Assembly: GCA_043228905.1 (NCBI GenBank)
Contig: JBHGNT010000013.1
Span: 18,910,001-18,974,000 of the forward strand
Origin: Azolla caroliniana
Lineage: Eukaryota; Plantae; Polypodiophyta
Direction: 5' to 3'
Length of the DNA stretch: 64,000 nt
Shown: in pieces, positions 53,054 to 62,300 of the stretch
How the letters are laid out: every line of letters begins with the position of its first letter
Numbering within the stretch: the stretch's first letter is position 1
Translations under genes and position numbers: made by a program
The notes under the pieces: generated by a model
The model's input: the letters and a program-made list of their open reading frames with translations, nothing else
What the model was told of the DNA's origin: nothing
Database searches by the model: none

Positions 53054-56000
53054 ATGCCTCTTACCACCTCAACAGAAACCCGCGCCTGGCTCCAAGAACG
53101 AGGAATGGGCGGTTACCTGAAGATCATCGATGCCCCCGCGCACCCAGATGCCCAAACTGTGGCTAAACGTGTAAGTCCCGAAGCCATCACCAACAACGTG
53201 CTTCGGGCTGTTTTGGATCTGCAACGGGGAGGGGACCATGAGGTCGACATACCCCTGGCATCAAAGATGAAGGCGTACTTCGGTGAGTACTCAGCCACAA
53301 GGAAGGCATATCGCACGTATGGCGGTCCCAACAAAGCTTTCGGGGAGATTGCTCGTATATTAATGGAATATGCGTTCGTGCATACGAACCCAACGAGCAT
53401 GCCGCAGAACAAGGCAGCCATCATCATCAACGCGTATGAAGGAAACAGAATCGATTGGGGAATCATCACAGGCGAGGGACTCTGCGCCGCCTTAGCTTCA
53501 TTTCAGTCTGGTAAGAAGATGTTGTCTGTTCTTACCCACTTTTTGATGGTTTTATACCCACCCTCTTCGCTTCCTTCCCCTCGCACACTCACGTCCCCAC
53601 CACCACCATGAAGGCAGAGAGAGAAATTCGTGACCATCAGCCACGAAGCATGGGAGGAGCCCACATCGCCTTCACCCCCTGCCGCCGACCAAAAAACCGC
53701 ATCTGCACCACCACCCGCCCAAACCCAACAAAAAAGGGTAGTTTCCGAGACCTGCCAAGAATGGGGGGAGGAGGTAGCCGCGGAAGACAACACGGCCGAT
53801 GACGTCACCATTCGACAGCCAACGTCGTGCCCCTCGGTAACGTCCCCAAGACCTAGCCCACGCCCCAACACACAGCAGGCTGCACCACCACGACCCCAGA
53901 AAAGGAAGCAGGCGGAGGAAATGACACTACCGGCCCTGGAACCCCAAACACAGCCAAGCAAGAGAAGACGACTCAACCGCGAGTCCTCGGAAGAACAAAA
54001 AGAGCCACAACAGGAGCAAGCCTTAGTGGTCAGACAGAGCAACCTGGCCATCACCCCTGAGGAGGCATCGCTGAACCAGGGAACGATCGAGCATGGGCAG
54101 ACAACACAGATCTCGGAGGATGAAGTCCTCGGGTATAAGGACCTCCCCGTGGAGGCTTACGAATTTAGTGCGCTCCTACGCCTCGGTACGTCATTCGAGC
54201 TGGTCGACTTCCTCGCCAGAGCCCAAGTCGCGGCAACCGCTCGAATGGCGGAGGAGCACGCCGAAACAAAAATGATTCAACGCGCGCTAATAGGAGAAAT
54301 TGAGCCCCAGGAGGAAAGGGCTTTACAAAAGATCAGGAGGAAGAAGCAGGCAAAACAGGCCGCTCTCCTCATGGAGGTCCCCGAGTTGAACACAGCCCTT
54401 ATCGAGGCTTATCGGGACCTGGATCGCACTACGCGGGCAGCCAAAGACATGGCCTGAAAGATAAAAATAGCCCAAAAACAGGCTAAGATGGCCACAGAAC
54501 TATGGCACGCTGCGAACCAGAAGCTGGCAGCCTGGGAGCAAAACCAGCCGGAACAACAACTCTTGAGCTTTCCGGTAACGACCACCGAGGCCCTCCCAGC
54601 GCCTCCACGCATAATAATGATGGATGCAAGCACCATCACCGACTCAATCTTGAAGGTGCAGGCCAGTACACAACTGGACTCGTTACAAATGGTCGATGCC
54701 TGCACAACAACCGAGGCGCCCACACCCACGGAGAAGACTGAGATACCACCACCTCGTGCACCCAAGGAGGTGGCAACCTAGACAGAACCCCCGCTCCAGG
54801 ATTACCGTGCGGAGCTTAAAGAAGAACAACGGCGAACCGAGAGACACGAACAACGGCATCAAGAGGCGATGGCTCGTCTAAAAGAAGAAGCTTGCAAGTA
54901 GATGGCCGAGATAAGAGCCCAGGCCGACCAAAGGATACACGAGCAGAATGAAGCACTGGGCCGGGTACAAGCGCAAGCCGCGGGCAAGGAAGCCGAACTC
55001 AAAAGCAAGTTGGAGGAATACGCCGCCACAGTGGTGAAGAAAGAGAAGGAGGTTCTAGACCTACAGGCCGTGCTCGACAATGCAAAAGACTGGAACCAGC
55101 GGCAGGAGGAAAGAAATCGCCAACGGGAGGAGAGGATGAACGCGGAGAATGTTGAGCTGTAGAGTCAGCGTACGACCCTTAAAGAGATGGCTGACGAGTT
55201 TTTCATCAAATGCAAGCTACTTTCGGAGCAAAAAGACGCCTTATCGGATTCCTACTTCGCCCTACAAGAAGAGAGAATCGTCGAACGGGAACAAATCCGG
55301 GCCACGTGTCAGAAAGAACGGGAGCAGGCCACTGAAGAACTCACCAAGCGTTACGAGCAGGCTCTCCAGCTCGTAACCGCGGATGCAAAGAACACTCAGG
55401 CCATCTATGAGCTCAAAACACAGAAGATTTAGGCCGAGGTCGACGGCTTAAAATAGGAATTAGAAGCGATCCGAGCACAGCCCGGCATGGATGAGACACG
55501 CATCTGAATACTGATCGAGAAACAGCGCCAGCACCTTACCAAAAAGGTCGAGGAAACATTAAGTCGCGCAGGAGACGAATGGGCAGCCCAAGCTGCCGAA
55601 TTGCATATTTTACGCGCTGACGCCGAGAACCGACGGAAGGAGGGCCGCGGCTTCTACAAAATGGACGAAGCCAGCATACAAAATCTGCGTGCAGATTTAA
55701 CCGAGGATTACCAGTCCTTAGCAAAATCTCACACCGCAGCAATCGAGCAAATAATGGAGGACTTCAATGACGGTCAGATGTTGTTTCGCCTGGAAGCAGA
55801 AGCCTTCGAACGAGAACGACTCGCAGCCATCCCCACCAGCCCTCCAACGGCCACAGAGCAGAAAGAAGAACCTCCCAGCAAGGAGATCACGGACACGGCA
55901 CAAGAGGAACTTGCCCCGGCCAACAGACATCCCATGGACGCCCACACAGTACCAGAGCCTGTCGAAGTAGAGGTCCGCGCCCACGAACCCACACCCCCAC

Positions 56001-56149
56001 CAGAAGAATCGGTTGCACCTGAGGCGGACGTTCGAGAAGATATGCCACCCCTGGACCAAACTCAACCCCCCGCACCGACAGTCCAACCAGACCACCCTGC
56101 CACCACCCCGAACCCCAAAAGCATCCTCGACATCTTAAAGGAGGAATGA
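53054..56149 (+). pseudogene. Extra 3' ORF of the gypsy element (~1030 codons: globular N-domain, Pro/Gln-rich linker, long coiled coil)
   Basis: ORFs starting at 52754, 53630, 54488, 54902, 55187 and 55601 are all in one frame and separated only by TAG/TGA codons. The likely start is ACCATG at 53054, although the frame is open from 52754. Confidence 0.8.
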
Positions 56150-56704
56150 AACGAGGATCACGCCTAAAAGGCAATTTTTGTAATATTGTTAGTATTTTGT
56201 AAGTCATGGGTCCGACGGACAAGGTCCTGTCCCACGGGCGTGCCAGGTGTTGTCCAGAGGACAGAAATGTAAAATTAGGAAATTAGCAAACGCCGAGTCC
56301 AAGTATCACAGGCCATCGACGGCTCGGCTGTGTATTAGGGGAAAAGTTATTTAAACGAGGACCAGTACCTCAGAGAAGGGGGAGAAGAAAACTATGGGCA
56401 GAAGCACTAGCTTAGTCATTCGTAATTAGATAAACTCGTAAGGTCACCGACCATAGGCTGTGTTCTGTAATCTTTTCTGTCATAGTAATATATCTGATTT
56501 GTGCCTATTTTTGCTGCATGAGTGTGTGCTTTGATCCATACCTATGCGTTTTACGCCGCCACGTCTATCAAGACCTCGCTAGTGTTTTCTCTCTGAGCCC
56601 TGTATCTCTCTCGACGCCTCTGTTACGAGCCTTCACGTACCACACCCTTGAAGACCGATAGACGCAGATCTATCGAAGGTGTTCACCCAAAGGAATGGGT
56701 AATA
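56147..56704 (+). repeat. 3' LTR of the Athila/Tat-like element
   Basis: Starts with TG after the purine tract and ends GGGTAATA (CA>TA). It is homologous to the minus-strand LTR at 4286-4700. Confidence 0.75.
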
Positions 56705-57230
56705 GTAGTGTTTACAATATTTTCATCCTTTAGTTCCTTTTTAATATTACGTTTTACCACATCAACCCACCCAGTTTTTGCTAATTCCATATTGCTTTTA
56801 ACCTTTTCCTTAACCTTTTTTATCTCGTCCTTAATATCCTCTAGGGAAGATATTTCACCATCTTCCCTAAATGTCTCAAGGTCCTTAACTTGTTTCTGAA
56901 GGTTCGTGTTGTCTACTTTAAGTTTCGTTATTTCAACAATAAGCACTTCTTTTTCTTCCTTATCTTTTTGTTTTTCAGCTTCAATCTCTTTCACCCATTT
57001 TTCTATTTTAACTAAATGGTTAAGGACATCTAAATATTCTTCCTTACTTATAATTTCTTCGTGTGTTTCCTTATGGTTTCGTTTAGAAGTCATGTTGTAA
57101 ATCAAAAGATAAAAGAAAGAAAAGACAAAGAGGACAAAAAAAACTTAGTCGAGCATCGATGCCTTGCATGCTAGGTTCGAGTGTAGAAGGACATGTATGC
57201 TCTCTCGTTTACTCAGCCGATTACGTCATC
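56705..57230 (-). mobile_element. LINE 5' part: coiled-coil N-terminus of ORF1 (ATG 57093) and probable 5' UTR
   Basis: Lys/Glu-rich heptad ORF ending ...GWVDVVKRNIKKELKDENIVNTT at the LTR junction, on the same strand as the ORF1 C-terminus at 39725-39947. The 5' end is approximate. Confidence 0.7.
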
Positions 57231-57244
57231 AGAAGCGTAGGTGA

Positions 57245-57437
57245 TAGCGGCGACGGACAACGACTACACACAATAGCGGCGGGTAACGGTGACAACTAAG
57301 AACTGACAACGACGGCGACGGCGGCAGATGACAAACAGCGATAGCGACAATCAACAAACGACGACGGTTGCAGACGGCGACGACATCAAGTGACGGCAAC
57401 GACAGTAGACGGCAACGACACCAACAGAAAGAGTCGT

Positions 57438-57479
<42 letters not shown>
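57245..57479. repeat. Degenerate (GAC/GGC/AAC)n low-complexity tract followed by (GA)n at 57440-57479
   Basis: Read directly. Confidence 0.8.
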
Positions 57480-57483
<4 letters not shown>

Positions 57484-59039
57484 TAAATAGAGATGTGGAG
57501 TGTAAGAAAGGAATTAGGTTTATAGGAGTGTCAAGATAAAACGGAAGAAATTCTCTGTCTCATTGTAATGATCAACGACCAACCCTGGTTTTATGAAACC
57601 ACACTAAGGCACAATTTACAAATCCTTCTAAAATATGAACAACACTATGTATTTGATGTTAAGCAAGGATGCCCACTCTCACCAACTCAACTATGGCCAT
57701 TTTTCATGTTAGGAAACAATTAACAGAAACTCAAGCATGGCACGAACAGGCTACCCATTTTTTGTTTCCTAAACGTACCCGATTGTGTTGTCCAACAAAA
57801 TGGATGCAAAGTAAGGGGAAAACTAGGCATCCTTGTACGAACATGGTACCCATTGAAACAAAAAGCCACGATGCCTCTTGAAACCTTCAAAGGTAGCCTC
57901 TTTATATAGACACACATGTATCCCACACATGCCAAGAACATAGCCCTAAAATTAGTAGGCCAGGCACCACACCTAAATGTGTGGTTCCACATGTGGGTAC
58001 CCAAAAAGTTAGTTTCCCTATAAGGAAACCAAGGCAATTATGGGTGGTGATGGAGTACCTAACACAATCATCATGCCCTAAATGGGTGACAAAACCTTGT
58101 GTCCAAGTTTGTTCATTCGCACCACCAACACGTTGAGGTGTCCCTACTCATGGCCTTACAAATCACCTCACATTAGGTAATACAATATGGACAAACAAAT
58201 AAGCATTCATGGTACCTTTACTTCTAAGTACTTTTTCCCGCGTGACTTCGTAGCATTATCATGCCACCAAATCTAGATGTCCCTATATCGACAACCCATG
58301 ATTTTCACATACACAATATTAGAGGCAATTCCATATGGTAGGTTTGTGGTATCTTGTATATGTAACCTTATATAGTAGTTTTAAGTTTTTGTTGTTCATA
58401 TTGTGGTGTACCTGGGTGGCAAGTGCTACCTTTTGAGTAAGCACAAGACTTCATGTTGTGATGTATCTTTTTTTTTCCAAAAGAAAGTATACTTCCATTA
58501 GTATTTAGAAAAGTCATAACAACATACAAAAATTTCCCCAAAACATCTTTATAAGATGCTGGTTGAAAAAACAAAAGTTTTGATGAAAAGTTTTGACTCC
58601 AGAATAGAGTAAAGTAAACAATCAATCTGAAAATTGTTCTATAAAAAGCTTCCACAAAGGTCTACCAAACGAGGTAAAATGCAATCTATACCCTTTTGTT
58701 ATGCAATCAAGAACCTTCAATCTCCATAACATGTTGCAGGTTGTAAATAGCCATCTTCTTTCACCCGTTCCGGGTGATCAAGAGTCCTCAAGGGATGTTC
58801 CATTCAAGATCCCAATACCCTATGTTTTTCTCTTTGTTTGATGCCTCGAGAAGATTGTCAAGGCCTCCATACTGAATGCAAACTATATGTCCCCCTGGTT
58901 TAAAGATTGTGGCTTGCATACTTCCATTGTCCAGTGTTATAAGCGTGTGAAGCCTTTGTCTTTTTTTAACCCACATAATTGTTTGATAAGTTGGCACTGT
59001 CCATAAACATTCTGTATTAACACAAGCAGTTAATCTAAA

Positions 59040-59355
59040 GTTTTCCTCACCCACTCTCTATAGTATGCTTCGACGACACCACCATCTTCACTCATCCTCA
59101 TAACAAGAAAAATGCTTCATACAGTCCACTTCAGCCATCTCGGCGATTAGCATGTTGCAATATCTTGCCAAAGTCCACTAAAATCCTGCATAATCAACAG
59201 AACTCAGTATAAAAATTTCCTCACCCACTCATGCTATTCAACTTCGACCCCACCACCATCTTCACTCATCCTTATCTCATAAAAATTCTTCCTTCAGTCC
59301 ACATCAACCAACTCGTCGACTAGCATCTTGCCAATGTCCACGCAAAACCTGTATT
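59040..59355. repeat. Diverged tandem duplication, period ~175 bp
   Basis: TTTCCTCACCCACTC...CACCACCATCTTCACTCATCCT...CAGTCCAC...ATCTTGCCAA.GTCCAC occurs at ~59042-59190 and ~59216-59352. Confidence 0.8.
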
Positions 59356-62300
59356 TGACAGGAACTACGCGCTCTCAATGAACAATGCTCAGCCACAACC
59401 AAGCTTAGAATCAAACACAGAAAACGGGAATGAATGCACGACACAATGGAGAGAAGAGTACATTGGATGTTTACGTGGAAAACCCAAACACGGGAAAAAC
59501 CACGGCAGTCCACTGACTGCTAACTATCATTATGTAACAATATACAATAGATGAACACAAAGGCAACGGCCTCTTGTTCACTGTCTTCACCACAGGCGGC
59601 GGTTACAACGGAGATACGAACTCTTCGTCTCTGTCTCTCTCTTGAAGAAAATAGACGCTTCTATTCACCTTCTTCCCTCGGCCACAACCGAGTAATCGCG
59701 GATCAATGCAGCAGAAAATAAGAACCACACGAAAGAATCAAAGACGCGAGTACACAGGGATTAACGTGGAAAACCCAGGCGGGAAAAACCACGGGAGTAC
59801 AAGACTCCAACGCAACACTATACAGAGAAGTATACAATGGCGAGCTGCAAGGAGACGACCTTGAGCTCGCTGTCCTCGCCACAGGCGGCGGAAGTACACA
59901 GAGGCGTCTACCTCTTCCTCTCTCGCGCTCTATCTCTCTCTCTCTCTCTCACGGCTGCTTACACTTCACTCCTCTTGAGTGGAAAAACAGAAAAATGAGA
60001 AGCAACAACAAAACTGTTTGCCCTAAGTCATATTTATACTTATATGACTTTGGGCTATTTACAACTGTAGCCTCAGGGGCCCATAGCGAACATATTCACG
60101 GATATGTCCCTGCATCCGGATCGCTCTCCGGGTACATTCGTCATCCGGTACCGAAACCGGGGTCTTCGTCATCCGGATCCGAAACCGAAACCGGGCTTGT
60201 CGGCATTCATCTCCGATATCCGACCATCCCATGCGAACGGACCGTAATCCCAACAAACTCCCCCTTCACTTCGGCATGGGATGTCTCTTCAATCCGATCC
60301 TCTTCCGGCATGCTTCCAGCTTGTCGGGTGTGAGGACCTTGGTCAGCATATCCGACCCGTTCTCGTCCGTGTGGATCTTTGTCAGCACGAACTCCTTGTC
60401 TTCTATCCTTTCCCGGATCCAGTGATATCTTCGCTGGATGTGCTTCGTCCGGGAGTGATAGGCCGCGTTCTTCGCAAGGTGGATTGCACTCTGACTGTCG
60501 CAGTAGAGTCGGTACTCCTCCTGTTGGATACCGAGCTCTCTAATGAAGTCCTTCATCCATATTATTTCCTTGCCGGCTTCAACAGCCGCCATGTACTCCG
60601 CCTCCGTGGTTGACAACGCAACCGTCTTCTGCAGCCTCGACTGCCATGAAACAGCTCCCCCTGCATACGTCATCACATACCCTGATGTGGACCGGCTGGT
60701 ATCTGCACCAGCCGACATATCCGAATCGGTGAAACCGTCGAGTTCGGGTTTACCGGAGCCGAATCGGAGGCACACATTAGCTGTGCCCTTCAGGTATCGG
60801 AGTATCCACTTGACCGCGTTCCAATGCTCTTTGCCGGGATTGCTCATGTACCGGCTCACCACTCCGACTGCATATCCGATATCCGGTCTCGTACACACCA
60901 TGGCGTACATCAAGCTCCCGACGGCTGAGGCATACGGCACTTTCATCATATCCTCCTTTTCAGCCTTTGTCTTGGGACTTTGCTTGCTGGACAGCTTGCA
61001 GTTTGTCGGGAGGGTCGATCCGACCGGTCTTGCTTCCGACATGTTGAACCGGTGAAGCACCTTCGTCACGTACTTCTCCTGTGACAGCCACAACTGCTTC
61101 TTCTTCCGGTCCCGGATGATGTGCATCCCTAGTATTTGCCTCGCCGGACCCAGGTCCTTCATTGAGAAGGTTCGGTGAAGAGCCTTCTTCAGCATCCGTA
61201 TCTTGACCTGGTCCCGTCCGACGATCAACATGTCGTCCACGTACAGGAGGAGTATTAGAAAATCTCCTCCTTCGAACTTCTTCACAAACACGCAATGGTC
61301 GGACTGCGTTTTGAGGTACCCTTCGTCGGTCATGAAGGAGTCGAACTTCCGGTACCATTGCCGGGGAGCCTGCTTCAGTCCGTAAAGGCTCTTCTTCAAC
61401 CGGCATACCAGGTGCTCCTTCCCTTTCTTCTCGAATCCTTCCGGTTGCTGCATGTAGATCTCTTCTTCGAGGTCACCGTGAAGGAATGCCGTCTTCACGT
61501 CCATCTGTTCTACCTCGAGGTCCGTGCTTGCCGCTATGCTCAGCACCGTCCGGATGGAGGTCATCTTCACTACCGGGGCAAATATTTCGTCGAAGTCGAC
61601 GCCCTTCTTCTGCTGAAACCCCTTCACCACAATCCTGGCTTTGTATCTCGGGGGGTTTCCGGCATCTCCCGGTTTCAGCTTGAACACCCACTTGTTTCGA
61701 AGTGCCCGCTTTCCTTTCGGCAACTCCACAAGTTCATATGTGTGGTTCTCATGCAGGGAATCCATCTCGTCCTGCATGGCACTCAACCACTTGCGGCTCT
61801 GGGTGTCGTGCTTTGCTTCTTCAAAGCTCTCCGGCTCCCCCTCGTCGGTTAGCAGCACGTGCTCTGGTTCCGGAAATCTCCGGGGGGCCCTTCTCTCTCT
61901 TAGAGGATATCTCCGTTCCGGAGCTTCGGTAACCGGTTCCTCCGATTCTTCTTCTTCATCCGTATCTATTTCGGGATCGGGGCCGGTTCCGGTATCATTT
62001 TCATCTTCTTCGGCCGGTTCTGTTTCTTCACCGTCTTCGGCCGGGTCCTCGAGTGCTAACCGGTCCCTTGCCGGTCGGGACTGCTCCTCGTAGAGTTTAT
62101 CCTCACCGGTCGACTTGGAGCTCTTCATCTTCTTCTCCGACTCCCAGTCGGCGAGTGTCTTGTCCTCCATAAAGACGATATCTCGACTCCTGAATATCTT
62201 CTTGTCGACCGGGTCCCATACTCGGTAGCCGAACTCGTCGTCGCCGTAACCGAGGAATATGCATGGCCGGGTCTTCGGATCTAGCTTTCCTCTCCGGTCC

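Larger units (their letters stand above)
39948..56704 (+). mobile_element. Ty3/gypsy non-chromovirus (Athila/Tat-like) element inserted in LINE ORF1; 5' LTR absent; extra 3' ORF
   Basis: PBS TGGCACGCCCGGT at 39955-39967 (tRNA-Arg-like). Gag with CCHC knuckles at ~40000-41450. Protease IIDGGSGVNV, RT (VPKKNGKIRVCVDYRKLN, FLDGFSGYNQI, FLDD), RNase H (FVDASD, YSTTEREAL) and integrase (GGHY, KWGLDCVGP, TPYYPQANG). PPT AAAGGAGGAA precedes the 3' LTR at 56147-56704. Confidence 0.92.

Noticed and set aside
53054-56149. Retroviral envelope gene
   Set aside because: The position fits env, but no signal peptide or convincing C-terminal transmembrane segment is visible. It is reported as an accessory ORF of unknown function.
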